64,000 bases of DNA, taken from Candidatus Hydrogenedentota bacterium (GTDB lineage: Bacteria > Hydrogenedentota > Hydrogenedentia > Hydrogenedentales > SLHB01). The stretch is taken from contig CAVUWV010000031.1 of the NCBI GenBank assembly GCA_963745075.1, positions 192,001-256,000 of the forward strand, written 5' to 3'. The position numbers and the translations under genes were made by a program. Below the pieces are notes generated by a model that saw nothing but the letters and a program-made list of their open reading frames with translations, was not told the origin of the DNA and searched no databases. How positions within the stretch are numbered: position 1 is the stretch's first letter; every line of letters starts with the position of its first letter. Shown piece by piece: positions 10,078-20,379 of the stretch.

Positions 10078-12039
10078 GTGAGTACTGCGATCGAGCATGT
10101 CCTGGAAGAAAAGCGTCAGTTCGACCCGACCCCGGAGTTTTCTGAGAAAGCTCACATCACGTCCATGGAGGAGTACAAGAAGCTGTACGACAAATCCGTC
10201 CAGGACCCCGAGGGTTTCTGGGGCGACGTTGCAGAAGAGTTGCATTGGTTCAAGAAATGGGACCGCGTGTTGAACGCCGATAATCCTCCGTTTTTCAAAT
10301 GGTTCGAAGGCGCGAAGACCAACGTATCGTACAACTGCCTCGACCGTCACCTGGCGACATGGCGCAAGAATAAGGCCGCGATCATCTGGGAAGGGGAACC
10401 CTACGGACAGCGCAGTATCCTGACCTACCGCGAACTGCACCGGCAGGTGTCGAAGTTTTCCAACGTCCTGAAGAGCCTGGGCGTCAAATCCGGCGACCGG
10501 GTGGCGATCTACATGCCGATGATTCCCGAACTGGCCATCGCCATGCTGGCCTGCGCGCGGATTGGCGCCCCCCACTCCATCATCTTCGGCGGATTCTCGG
10601 CGGCGGCTATCGTCGATCGCGTGAACGATGCCGGAGCGTCCGTGGTGATCACGGCGGACGGCGGCTACCGGCGCGGCCAGGTTGTGGAACTGAAAGCGGC
10701 GGTCGACCAGGCCTTGCTGAATTGTCCGACGGTCCGTCACGTAGTCTGCGTGCAACGAACGCATACGCCGGTCCAGATGGTGCACGGCCGCGACGTCTAC
10801 TGGCATGAAATGATGGAAACGGCGTCGGACGTCTGTCCCGCAGAAGAGCTGGATGCGGAACACCCGCTCTACATTCTGTACACGTCCGGTTCGACCGGAA
10901 AGCCGAAGGGCATTCTTCACACGACGGGCGGGTATCTGGCCGGAACGTACGCGACGTCCAAATACGTATTCGACCTGAAAGAGGAAGACACCTATTGGTG
11001 TACCGCGGACATCGGCTGGGTGACGGGGCACAGCTACATTATCTACGGGATTTTGGCGAACGGCGCGACGACCGTGATGTATGAAGGCGCGCCGAACTAC
11101 CCGACGCCGGATCGGTTCTGGCAAATCGTGGAACGTTATCAGGTCAATGTGTTTTATACCGCGCCGACGGCGATCCGCGCGTTCTCGAAGTGGGGCGACG
11201 GTTGGCCGGCGAAAAACGATCTGAGCAGTTTGCGGCTTCTGGGTACGGTGGGAGAGCCCATCAACCCCGAGGCGTGGATGTGGTACCACAAGCATATCGG
11301 CCGGGAGAAATGCCCCATCGTCGACACGTGGTGGCAGACGGAGACCGGCGGCATCATGATCACGACATTGCCCGGCGCTATGGGCGCAAAGCCCGGGTCG
11401 GCGGGGCTGCCGTTCTTCGGAATCAAGGCCATGATCGTGGACGAAGAAGGCAACGAGGTCGACGCCAATCACAGTGGATTACTCGTCGTAACAGAACCGT
11501 GGCCGGCCATGCTGCGGACGCTCTGGGGAGACGACGAGCGGTTCCAGGAAGTCTACTGGTCGAAGTACGAGAAGCAGGGCTGGTATTTCACCGGAGACGG
11601 CGCGTATCGAGACAAGAACGGATACTTCATGATCATCGGGCGCATCGACGACGTGATTAACGTGTCGGGGCACCGCCTCGGCACCATGGAAATCGAATCG
11701 GCCCTCGTGTCCCACAAGCTGGTGTCGGAAGCGGCGGTCGTCGGGTTCCCTCACGACATCAAGGGCCAGGGCATCTGCGCGTTCGTTTCGGTACCCGTGG
11801 GCACTTCACCCCATGAAGCGGACAAGGAGAAGTTGCGCGAGCACGTGGCCAAGGAGATTGGGGCCATCGCGAAGCCCGATCAAATTCGTTTTACGGATGC
11901 GCTTCCCAAGACGCGCTCCGGAAAAATTATGCGCCGGTTACTTCGCGACATTGCGTCCGGCCGCGATACGACGGGCGACACGACGACGCTGGAGGATTTC
12001 AGCGTGCTCGCGAAGCTGCGGGAAGAACAGGAAGGGTAG
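10078..12039 (+). CDS. acs: Acetyl-CoA synthetase (AMP-forming)
   Basis: [63 protein letters not shown] start at 10078 after GGAAGGGAG. Confidence 0.97.
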   Translation: MSTAIEHVLEEKRQFDPTPEFSEKAHITSMEEYKKLYDKSVQDPEGFWGDVAEELHWFKKWDRVLNADNPPFFKWFEGAKTNVSYNCLDRHLATWRKNKAAIIWEGEPYGQRSILTYRELHRQVSKFSNVLKSLGVKSGDRVAIYMPMIPELAIAMLACARIGAPHSIIFGGFSAAAIVDRVNDAGASVVITADGGYRRGQVVELKAAVDQALLNCPTVRHVVCVQRTHTPVQMVHGRDVYWHEMMETASDVCPAEELDAEHPLYILYTSGSTGKPKGILHTTGGYLAGTYATSKYVFDLKEEDTYWCTADIGWVTGHSYIIYGILANGATTVMYEGAPNYPTPDRFWQIVERYQVNVFYTAPTAIRAFSKWGDGWPAKNDLSSLRLLGTVGEPINPEAWMWYHKHIGREKCPIVDTWWQTETGGIMITTLPGAMGAKPGSAGLPFFGIKAMIVDEEGNEVDANHSGLLVVTEPWPAMLRTLWGDDERFQEVYWSKYEKQGWYFTGDGAYRDKNGYFMIIGRIDDVINVSGHRLGTMEIESALVSHKLVSEAAVVGFPHDIKGQGICAFVSVPVGTSPHEADKEKLREHVAKEIGAIAKPDQIRFTDALPKTRSGKIMRRLLRDIASGRDTTGDTTTLEDFSVLAKLREEQEG

Positions 12040-12054
12040 GCGCGGGAACGTGTC

Positions 12055-12603
12055 TTACCATACGGCGGTGTATCCTTCCGGAAGGAGATTCCACTCTTCG
12101 CCGTACACGTGAACCGTGTGCGTTTCGCGGCCCTCGGGGTCAACGACTTTGCCGCCGTCGTGCACCCAGGACAAAATGCTTCCCTTCAGATTGTATGCGT
12201 CGAGGCCGTCTTCGCGGAGGGCCTCGGCGTATTCTCCGCTCCGGTATCCAATGGTGCAATACGCGACGACCTTTCGATGTGCGTAGGAGTCGCGATGGGC
12301 GTCGAATTGTTCCTTACTGATGGAGCCGGGAATCACAGACACGGCACGCTCCTCCGGAGTGCGGGCGTCAACCAGGACGACGCGATCGTCTTTCAACATG
12401 CCCTGCACTTGCGCTGGAGAAACTGTCGGCACATCCGGGAACGACTTCTGATACTGCGCGAACATGGACTCGATGGCGGCGCGTTTCTCGTTGTCCGTCC
12501 GATCGTCTCGGTCCGGCGCGCGCCACACGCAACGGCATACACTCCCGACAACGAAAAGCAGAATTCCTATACGCAGAATACGATGTATAGTAGAAATAGT
12601 CAT
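12055..12603 (-). CDS. Rhodanese-like domain protein with N-terminal membrane/signal segment
   Basis: VLVDARTPEERAVSVIPG, YCTIGYRS active-site loop, YNLKGSILSW. Confidence 0.88.
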   Translation of the reverse strand: MTISTIHRILRIGILLFVVGSVCRCVWRAPDRDDRTDNEKRAAIESMFAQYQKSFPDVPTVSPAQVQGMLKDDRVVLVDARTPEERAVSVIPGSISKEQFDAHRDSYAHRKVVAYCTIGYRSGEYAEALREDGLDAYNLKGSILSWVHDGGKVVDPEGRETHTVHVYGEEWNLLPEGYTAVW

Positions 12604-12729
12604 AGTTCAGATCTTGACAGGGCCTACCTCTGTATCCGAGACTCGTCGTGATTATTGATTATTTCGGTGCAACTTTTCCCGGTCGCGCGGCATAATAAAC
12701 GGTAAGGCGTATGGTGCGCGCTGAGTGAA

Positions 12730-13105
12730 GGTGTTGGCAGCCGTTCATTGACGCGGGAACCCACTCACCAAATTGGGGGTTTCACACATCACGCAAAGGT
12801 TGCGGCTGTCGGGTTCTTGTGTTCATGCTTTGCTAACCGTTATGAGGTACGAAGAGGGGTCGTAAGCGGAAAGCGAACAAACGAATCTTCGCTGCGAGTC
12901 TCGCATAAACCATAACCAAATCTTAGCGGCCGTTCGGCGCGTGGACCCTTTCAAGGCAATTCTGCATACCAGGTCAGGTATTCAGTAATTCACGCGTCGA
13001 GCGGTCGCTGATTTCACCCCTTCCATCCTTGCGTCAGCGTTGTCCAGCGGCTATGCTCACCGTTTGTTTCACCGGCGAGAGGTAGTCATTCAAACTTGCC
13101 ACTCA
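12730..13105 (+). ncRNA. Candidate structured non-coding RNA or leader, family not recognised
   Basis: 22-bp helix 12924-12945/12989-13010 with 5 G-U pairs and no mismatches; 11-bp helix 12734-12744/12802-12812 with 4 G-U; further hairpins; no long ORF. Confidence 0.4.
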
Positions 13106-13129
13106 TGTATTCAGAAAAGGTGAAGGACT

Positions 13130-13294
13130 ATGCCACTCGTTCGCATTCCGCTTTCTTCGAGGACCGGCGCCGTGGCGGCGACCGTCCTGGTCCGGAGTTC
13201 GAGGGCTATTGAGTGCGCCATGAATTGGTGCAGTTCGTTCTATGCGACGGGGGCACAGGCTCAGACGCCGGTTACGTTGAAGAAAGCGGACTGA
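13130..13294 (+). CDS. Possible 54-aa small ORF
   Basis: ATG after AAGGTGAAGGA, ends 3 nt before the next start (MPLVRIPLSS...KKAD); no recognisable motif. Confidence 0.2.
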   Translation: MPLVRIPLSSRTGAVAATVLVRSSRAIECAMNWCSSFYATGAQAQTPVTLKKAD

Positions 13295-13297
13295 GGG

Positions 13298-13966
13298 GTG
13301 AAATTGCGGGAACGGCTCCTCGATATCTACCGGCGCATGGAAGCCCACTACGGACCCACCCATTGGTGGCCGGGCGACACGGCATTCGAAATCGCCATCG
13401 GCGCGATTCTCACCCAGAATACGGCGTGGACCAACGTTGAGAAGGCTATCGTCAACCTGAAACGCGCCAAGCTGCTGTCGCCTAGCCGGATTCTCGAATC
13501 GAAGGACGCCCAATTGCACGAGGTTCTCCGGCCGTCGGGCTACTTTCGAATCAAGACGGAGCGGGTGCGCAGCTTCTGTCGACATCTCACCGAACGGTAT
13601 GCCGGCAGCATGGCGCGAATGGCCAAACGCCCCCTCGACGAGTTACGCCACGAGTTGCTCGGGATACCCGGAATCGGGCCGGAAACGGCAGATGACATCC
13701 TGCTCTACGCCTGCGGCAAACCGGTGTTTGTCGTGGATGCGTATACGCGCCGCATGCTGTCGCGTCACGGGTTGGTGGAGCCGGATATCGAGTACGAGAC
13801 GCTTCGGGCAGTCTTTGAACGCCGGCTTCCGGCGGATGTGCGCTTGTTTAAGGAATACCACGGGCTTATCGTCTGGACGGGGAAGGACTATTGCCGTCGA
13901 ACGCCCAAGTGCGAGGGCTGCCCCCTTGCGCCATTGCTGAAACGGGGACAGCCTCGGTTGGGATAG
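13298..13966 (+). CDS. Endonuclease III-related HhH-GPD protein
   Basis: WWPGDTAFEIAIGAILTQNTAWTNV, LLGIPGIGPETADDILLYA, VVDAYTRR, C-x6-C-x2-C-P (CRRTPKCEGCP). Confidence 0.9.
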   Translation: MKLRERLLDIYRRMEAHYGPTHWWPGDTAFEIAIGAILTQNTAWTNVEKAIVNLKRAKLLSPSRILESKDAQLHEVLRPSGYFRIKTERVRSFCRHLTERYAGSMARMAKRPLDELRHELLGIPGIGPETADDILLYACGKPVFVVDAYTRRMLSRHGLVEPDIEYETLRAVFERRLPADVRLFKEYHGLIVWTGKDYCRRTPKCEGCPLAPLLKRGQPRLG

Positions 13967-14164
13967 TCACGATAAGAATTGCTTTCGGAGCGCGGGACAC
14001 CTAGGATAGAAGGATAGGCGTCCGTTGGCGCGAATTGGGAATTACGCTCGCCGCAGATAATGTTTGCTTCATAGCGGGGTTCTTCCTGGAAAGACTGTGG
14101 CCCGGTCGCCGCAAGGTGCTGATATTCAGCACGTTAACACGAAAGTTCGGAGAGGAGCGCAAGA

Positions 14165-15373
14165 ATGTCTGCAGAGTCGGGCGCAAAGGGAACCATTACC
14201 TCCCTGTACCGCGCCATTAAGCGGTCCTACACCGAACTCCCGTACCGGTTTTCGCGCAACGCCTGGGGCCCGCCGACGTGGCACTACTATTTTGAAATCA
14301 CGCGCCGCTGCAATCTGCGCTGTAAGATGTGCCAGTACATCGATTGGCTCGAAACGGTTCCCACCCGCGTGCAGGCGGACGGCGAACTGACTACGGAGGA
14401 GTGGCTCAAGGTCGTCGACCAGACGGGACGATTCAGTCTGATTACGTTCACCGGGGGCGAGGTGTTTGTCCGGAAGGATTTTATGCAGATATTCGAGCAT
14501 GCCTGCTCGAAACGACGGGTCCACTTCATTTCCAACGCCACCATGCTGACGGAAGATCGGGCCCGCCGTTGCGTCGAACTGGCGCCGAAGTGGTTTGGCG
14601 GCCGGGGATTTAACTTCGCGGGCGTCTCCATCGATGGAACGCGCGACGTGCATGACGTCATCCGGGCGCAAAAGGGCTCCTTCGATAAGAGCACGAACGG
14701 CATCAAAATGCTGTCACGTTTCCGTGCGGAGGCGGGTAAGAAGAGTCCGCTCATCCACATCAACACGGTAATCCAGGACGAAAGTCTGGATTGCTTGGCC
14801 GAGATGCCGCACATTGCGAAGGAATGCGGGGCAAACGTGTTGAATTTGTTGACCGAAACGCGGATACACGATCTGCCGGAATTGGGCCATGTTGATCCCT
14901 CGAGTTTCAGCCGGGACGATTTCCGGCAACCGCGAATCGACCGCCAACGGTTGGAACAGTCGCTCCGGAGAACGATGGCGGAGGCCGAGAAACTCGGCAT
15001 CGAAGTGCGGATGCCTCGCATGCCGTTCGAGGAAATTGTCAATCACTACGACGAGGGGTACAACCTGCGCGAGTTTGAGTGCCGGTCCATCTGGTCAACA
15101 CTGAGTATCGGTGCCAAAGGTGGCGTGTATCCGTGCTGGATTCAGAAAGTCGGCAACGTGCGCGAGCATTCGTTGAAGGAACTGCGCAACAACGAAATCA
15201 TGCGCGCCTTCCGTCAGAAACGCCGCGAGGGCGGTTTCGCGGTATGCCGGGGCTGTTGCGAAATCGAGTATCGAGGGAAAGTCAACGACGCGGAGCCGGC
15301 CCTTACGCCTTCGCCCCTACCGACGACCGAGGACTCCGAGCAACCCAATGAAGAGAGCGTAGTGGCGAAATAG
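14165..15373 (+). CDS. Radical SAM protein with SPASM/twitch domain
   Basis: CNLRCKMC, FTGGE, VSIDG...HD..R; C-terminal CRSIW...GGVYPC...GNV...CRGCC. Confidence 0.92.
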   Translation: MSAESGAKGTITSLYRAIKRSYTELPYRFSRNAWGPPTWHYYFEITRRCNLRCKMCQYIDWLETVPTRVQADGELTTEEWLKVVDQTGRFSLITFTGGEVFVRKDFMQIFEHACSKRRVHFISNATMLTEDRARRCVELAPKWFGGRGFNFAGVSIDGTRDVHDVIRAQKGSFDKSTNGIKMLSRFRAEAGKKSPLIHINTVIQDESLDCLAEMPHIAKECGANVLNLLTETRIHDLPELGHVDPSSFSRDDFRQPRIDRQRLEQSLRRTMAEAEKLGIEVRMPRMPFEEIVNHYDEGYNLREFECRSIWSTLSIGAKGGVYPCWIQKVGNVREHSLKELRNNEIMRAFRQKRREGGFAVCRGCCEIEYRGKVNDAEPALTPSPLPTTEDSEQPNEESVVAK

Positions 15374-15620
15374 CCCTTTTCTTCTTGCCTGATCCCCTTC
15401 CCACATGGGATGATTCCCGAAATACTTAGAGCGTATTGACTATTCCGTGTCCTCTCAATCGTAGCACGTAGATGCAGCGCCTCGGCACAGAGGCGCAACG
15501 ACGTGTCGGATTAGCCGGACCGCATGTCTTCGGGGTCGGCGTTCCGAGTACGAGTACGTGAGGTCAGCGACGGCTACGAGAGAACTTCAACGGTTGTAGA
15601 ATTGCCGGAGGGGTTATTCC

Positions 15621-16547
15621 GTGAATACACCGCGAATACTGGTTGTGGGGAGCGCCAACATCGATTTGGTCACGCGCGTGCCCCGTTGCCCGAAGCCGGG
15701 CGAATCCATGATCGGTTCATCGTTTACGACGGTGTGCGGAGGCAAGGGCGCGAACCAGGCGGTGGCGGCAGCGCGATTGGGAGCGCAGGTTCATTTCGCG
15801 GGCTGCGTGGGAAACGATACGTTCGGAACGCTGCAACGGCAGACGTTGAGTGAAGAGGGCATCGACCTGACGTACTTGAAGACGCACCCGGCGGAGCCTA
15901 CGGGGACGGCTATCATCATGGTTGCGGCGGAGGGGCAGAATTCCATCGTCGTGAATCCGTCGGCGAACTACGGAATCATGCCTTCGCACATTAACAGCCT
16001 CGGACCGCTCTTTGATGAGCTGGATGCCGTGATGATCCAGCTCGAGATCCCGCCGGAGACCGTCGAGGCGACGTTGCGCAAGGCCCGTGAGGCGGATGTG
16101 CTATCGGTGCTGGATGCCGGGCCCGCGCAGCAAGTTCCGGAAGCAATCGTGGAACTCGCGGATATTGTGTCCCCCAACGAAACCGAAGCGGAAGCCATGA
16201 CCGGCGTACCGGTAGAGTCGGTGGACGATGCCCGGCAGGCGGCGGCGCAGCTTCTGGCCATGGGCGCGAAGCAGGTGGTGCTCAAGATGGGCGGCGGGGG
16301 CGCGTTATATATGAGCGGCAAGGAATGGTTGCACGTGCCCGCGTATCAGGTTGCAGCCGTTGACACGGTCGCGGCGGGCGATGCGTTCACGGCCGCGTTG
16401 ACCATCGCCTGGCGACGAAAATCGCCGTTGGAAGCGATTCGTTTCGCGAATGCGGCCGGCGCGTTGGCAACAACGATGCACGGTGCGCAACGGTCCATGC
16501 CGTACCGGACCGCCGTGGAAGATTTTTTGAAACAGAAAGGACAGTGA
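15621..16547 (+). CDS. rbsK: Ribokinase (PfkB family)
   Basis: VVGSANID, GGKGANQAVAAARLG, PNETEA, VDTVAAGDAF. Confidence 0.93.
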   Translation: MNTPRILVVGSANIDLVTRVPRCPKPGESMIGSSFTTVCGGKGANQAVAAARLGAQVHFAGCVGNDTFGTLQRQTLSEEGIDLTYLKTHPAEPTGTAIIMVAAEGQNSIVVNPSANYGIMPSHINSLGPLFDELDAVMIQLEIPPETVEATLRKAREADVLSVLDAGPAQQVPEAIVELADIVSPNETEAEAMTGVPVESVDDARQAAAQLLAMGAKQVVLKMGGGGALYMSGKEWLHVPAYQVAAVDTVAAGDAFTAALTIAWRRKSPLEAIRFANAAGALATTMHGAQRSMPYRTAVEDFLKQKGQ

Positions 16548-16551
16548 ACCG

Positions 16552-17238
16552 GTGGCCGAACCATTGAAGTACGCTGCGTCCGTGATGTGTGCAAATCTCG
16601 CGCGTCTGGAAGACGACCTGAAAGCCCTGGAAGCGGCGGGGTGCGACGAACTGCATTTCGACATCATGGACGGAACGTTCGTGCCCAATTTTACGCTTGG
16701 GATCGATGTTATCAAGGCTGCGAAAAGTGTCTGCAGCCTTCCCTGTCACGCCCATCTCATGATTACGAAGCCCGGGGAGTATGTTGAACGATTCGTGGAG
16801 GCGGGGTGCGACATCGTCTCGGTGCATGTGGAAACGTGCCCGCACGCCCACCGCGTGTTGGGTCAAATCCAGACGGCCGGCGCCTCTCCCGCGATCGCAA
16901 TCAATCCGGCGACCCCGTTGACCAAGTTGGATTTTCTCCTGGACTTCGCGGACCGTGTGATGATGATGACTGTGGATCCCGGCTATGCGGGCCAGAAGAT
17001 CATTCCGGGCGCGTTCGAGCGTGTGAAGATACTTCGGGAGAACGTGGACTACCGGGAGCGGCGCATCGACATCGAAGTCGACGGCAACATCGACGCGCAT
17101 AACGCCGCAGTTCTCGCGAACATGGGCGCCCGGGTTTTTGTGATGGGAACGTCGAGCATCTTCAAGAAAGGCATACCGCTGGACGAAGCGTTCCGTCAAT
17201 TCAAAGCGGATGTGGACGCAACGCGTAAGACGGTCTGA
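16552..17238 (+). CDS. rpe: Ribulose-phosphate 3-epimerase
   Basis: LHFDIMDGTFVPN, AHLM, MTVDPGYAGQK, IEVDGNI. Confidence 0.92.
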   Translation: MAEPLKYAASVMCANLARLEDDLKALEAAGCDELHFDIMDGTFVPNFTLGIDVIKAAKSVCSLPCHAHLMITKPGEYVERFVEAGCDIVSVHVETCPHAHRVLGQIQTAGASPAIAINPATPLTKLDFLLDFADRVMMMTVDPGYAGQKIIPGAFERVKILRENVDYRERRIDIEVDGNIDAHNAAVLANMGARVFVMGTSSIFKKGIPLDEAFRQFKADVDATRKTV

Positions 17239-17246
17239 CAATCGTC

Positions 17247-17799
17247 ATGCGCAATATCGAGCTGAAAGCATGCCTTCCCGATCGCCAGGGCGCACTCCGA
17301 ACCTGCCAACGCATCGGCGCGGAACCCCAGGGAGACATTCGGCAAACCGACACGTACTTCGACATCCCGAAGGGGACGTTTGAAACTGCGGGAATGCGCG
17401 CCGGGTGACGATTATCTCGTGTTCTACCACCGATCGGACGTTGCGAATTCGAGGGCATCGGATTACGCGATTGAACCCGCGACTCCGGCGATGGGCGCCT
17501 TGCTCAAACGAGCACTCCGATCGACGGGCGTAGTGCAAAAGGTCCGCACGCTCTGGCTGTGGGAAAACGTGCGTATTCATGTGGACTGTGTGGACGGCCT
17601 GGGCAACTACATCGAGTTCGAGGCGGTGTTGTCGGATACGCACGACGATGCCGACGGGTTTTCAAAGCTTGCCTACCTTCGGGAGGCGTTCGGCATTTGC
17701 GACGAGGACCTGGAGAAGGGTTCCTATTTGGACCTGCTGCACGGGGCCGACCGAGAGCCGGTCGAGCACGACACGCCAAGCGCCTTCGAGAGGGCTTGA
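17247..17799 (+). CDS. CYTH domain / class IV adenylate cyclase-like protein; apparent +1 frameshift in the GGGG run at 17372-17375
   Basis: ATG 17247 gives MRNIELKA (ExK)...QTDTYFDIPKG; removing one G gives RLKLRE...VVQKVRTL...RIHVDCVDGLGNYIEFE...SYLDLL. Confidence 0.85.
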
Positions 17800-17997
17800 T
17801 CCACGTAACTCCGGTGCATAGATGCATCTACGGTCGGCTTGCCCGAGGTTTCCAATCCCGCAACGCGATCGCGCCCAAGGCAATTAGAGCACTTTACATC
17901 AACCCCACCAACCCGAGGGCACGACAACAACGGAAGATCGAGGAACTCACGATACGAACGCGTAAGGGGCTGAGGGAAAGCGTCTTACAGAGGCCAA

Positions 17998-20352
17998 TCA
18001 GTAGTGGCGTGCCGCGCCATACCAGTTGCTGCTGCCGTGATCGAGGTGCAACACGGGAACGCCGCTCAGCCGCGTTTCAGGCCCGAAGGTCTCCCGCATG
18101 TCCTTCCCGAATTTCCAGTCGGCCCCTTCGAAGTGGTGCATTTCTTCGTATTGCACTTTCTCCAGGCATTGCCGCCGCACGCACTGGCAATAGCCGACGG
18201 GCACCCCGTCAGCTTCGCGCATGCGATACTCGCCCGCTGACGCGAGCAACTCTTCCCACTGGTCCCAGGGACGAACTTCGCCCAACAGGATGCGCGCCGT
18301 CGTTTCGCGGCCCAGCATCTTGCGGCCGTCGGGAATGGTGAACATGCAATCGTCCGGCAGTTCCGCCATGCGGGCGAGCATATCGGGCGCAAGCAGCACG
18401 TCCGCATCCAGAACGAGCACCCAATCGCCGCGGGCTTTGCCGAGGCATTCATTGAGGAGAAGCCCCTTGGTTCGTGCGTGCTCTTCGGCAAAGGCGGTGG
18501 GAACGATCTGAAGATTGGGGTGGGCGAGCCCGATGCTGTCGAGCACGTCTTCCGTGGCATCGAGCCCCGGAACGAAGGCGACAATGACTTCGACCTCGTG
18601 GAGGTCGATGTTCCGTTGGTGGGCGAGATTCTCCAGACAGGCCTGGAGCCGCCGCGCGTAGCGGGTACTGACCACGACCACGGAGAACCGGATGTTGGCG
18701 GATTCCGATTGCGCTACCGGTTCGCCTTCCCAAAGGTACACGGCCTGCGTGCCGATGGTGCCGTCGATATTCCAAATCGAGATGCGCGGTTCCAGCCCTT
18801 TCCCCAAGCGGGCGGGGGCGTAGTACGAGCCGACAAACTGGACGGGCGCGACGGGCTGCCCATCGCGGAGCAGGACGTAATGTCCGGCCGCGTCGACGTG
18901 CAGAACAACGCGATGACTGAACGCGGTCATCGGACAGACCAATCGGCATCCTTTGCCCAAAGCAAAGCCCACGTACTCGGCGATTCCACCGCCGAACGTT
19001 ACGGAAAGGGTGAACGGCGGGTTCAGACGTGCGAGGGGCGTGCTGATTTTTTCCGTATTGGAAAACGAAAACCAGCGCAAACAGCCCGGCAAGGCCCAGC
19101 TCCAAGTGCCTTCCACGCGATAGTCAAAGGCGCCGATTTCGCGGTCGGGAGGACGGTTCATGGTTACCGCGTTGGCCGAACCGACCAATGAATCCAATTC
19201 CGAACGTTCGCGGCGGGCGGAGTCTATCGTGTCGTAATGGCGAGGCCGCTCCGCTGCGAAATGAAACGGATCCACTACCGGTTCGCCATCTTGGGCCGTA
19301 ATTCCGATACCGGGGAGCGACCGCTTCAGTTCCGCGGTCAGACCATCGCAGATGCGGCGCAGACTGCATGCGGCGCAGATCGGCCCCTTGGCCTGACGAC
19401 GAAGTTCGGCACCGTTTTCCGCGGCCAGCGAATGTGCCGCCGGCGAGGGATCGGGGGCCGCCTCCGGGGTGCGCCGGCGACGGTGGCGCGTCAGCTTGTG
19501 CCAGGCCCATATGCGGGCACGCACCCAGGGGTGGTCCATGATCCATGGCAACAGAATCCGGTCGATGGGATTGCCCGTTGACGTGGTCAGATCCAACTGC
19601 ATCAGGACTGCCAATCGAATGCGGCTCACGGGTTTGCCGTACAACTTCCGAGCCAGTTCGTAGGAATCGCGTTGATAATGCTGATAATCGCGGAAGAATT
19701 GTGGGGTGTTGACGACCAGTTTGCGGTTCTGTTCCGTCACGACGCAGAACGGCAATCCGATCACGTTCGTCTCCATCCCCCGGTCATGGCACGCCGCGGC
19801 CAGGGAATTCATGCGTTCGATGGACGATTCCGTGTGCCGGGCGTTCCGCGCCGGCGGATTCTGCGTGAACGGGTCGTAGGCGGCTACATGCACGACGGCT
19901 ACATGCGCGTCGACAAGGCGTTGTGCGATGTCGTTCACGTCCAGATCGGTTTCGAAGGGGCCCGTAAGTTGAACCCGAACGGCGCACCCGGCCTCCTTGG
20001 CCGCCGTCAGCCACTCGCCGAAATACACGGCGTGCGGGTGAGGCGGGCCCAGGAGCAGATCCCAGGGCTCGGCATCAAGCAGTTTCTGTGCGGTCGGTGG
20101 CGGGCCGGCGCAGTCGGTGCGAAGGCTCAGTTCGACGTCGAGATGCCGGGCCGCTGGCTTCAACGCCTCGAACCGGGTCAAATCGCTGCCGTGCCACAGC
20201 ACGTCGATCTTGTCCGTCTTGAAAACGACACGGTTCAGCCGCATCCAGCGTTCCAAGTCTACGGTGGATACCGGCCGCCCTTTCACGTTCTGTGCGAGGA
20301 TCAGACCGCGCACGGGGGCTAAGGGGTCAATCCTGTCTGTAGGTGTCGCCAC
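17998..20352 (-). CDS. Fusion protein: N-terminal degenerate radical-SAM-like region (no CxxxCxxC) with PFC and CxxCx5C, central beta-rich domain, C-terminal GT2 glycosyltransferase; paralog A
   Basis: GT2: FSVVVV...EVIVA...LNECLGKARGDWVLVLDADV...HLDH. N-half: LSLRTD, NVIGLPFC, KGPICAACSLRRICDG. Collinear with 20380..22737. Confidence 0.8.
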   Translation of the reverse strand: MATPTDRIDPLAPVRGLILAQNVKGRPVSTVDLERWMRLNRVVFKTDKIDVLWHGSDLTRFEALKPAARHLDVELSLRTDCAGPPPTAQKLLDAEPWDLLLGPPHPHAVYFGEWLTAAKEAGCAVRVQLTGPFETDLDVNDIAQRLVDAHVAVVHVAAYDPFTQNPPARNARHTESSIERMNSLAAACHDRGMETNVIGLPFCVVTEQNRKLVVNTPQFFRDYQHYQRDSYELARKLYGKPVSRIRLAVLMQLDLTTSTGNPIDRILLPWIMDHPWVRARIWAWHKLTRHRRRRTPEAAPDPSPAAHSLAAENGAELRRQAKGPICAACSLRRICDGLTAELKRSLPGIGITAQDGEPVVDPFHFAAERPRHYDTIDSARRERSELDSLVGSANAVTMNRPPDREIGAFDYRVEGTWSWALPGCLRWFSFSNTEKISTPLARLNPPFTLSVTFGGGIAEYVGFALGKGCRLVCPMTAFSHRVVLHVDAAGHYVLLRDGQPVAPVQFVGSYYAPARLGKGLEPRISIWNIDGTIGTQAVYLWEGEPVAQSESANIRFSVVVVSTRYARRLQACLENLAHQRNIDLHEVEVIVAFVPGLDATEDVLDSIGLAHPNLQIVPTAFAEEHARTKGLLLNECLGKARGDWVLVLDADVLLAPDMLARMAELPDDCMFTIPDGRKMLGRETTARILLGEVRPWDQWEELLASAGEYRMREADGVPVGYCQCVRRQCLEKVQYEEMHHFEGADWKFGKDMRETFGPETRLSGVPVLHLDHGSSNWYGAARHY

Positions 20353-20379
20353 GATACCGCGTCCCTGTTTCGTATGTTA

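Noticed and set aside
12961..12985. SRP (4.5S) RNA, suggested by TCTG..TACCAGGTCAGGT
   Set aside because: The required GNRA-capped CCGGAAGGAAGCAG part of domain IV is absent.
13105..13212. IscU-like peptide (MYSEKVKDY...)
   Set aside because: Only 35 codons, no Cys, and similarity is limited to the first few residues.
17247..17799. Programmed frameshift or phase variation in the CYTH gene
   Set aside because: A G4 run is too short for a typical contingency tract, and similar +1 events occur throughout the window.
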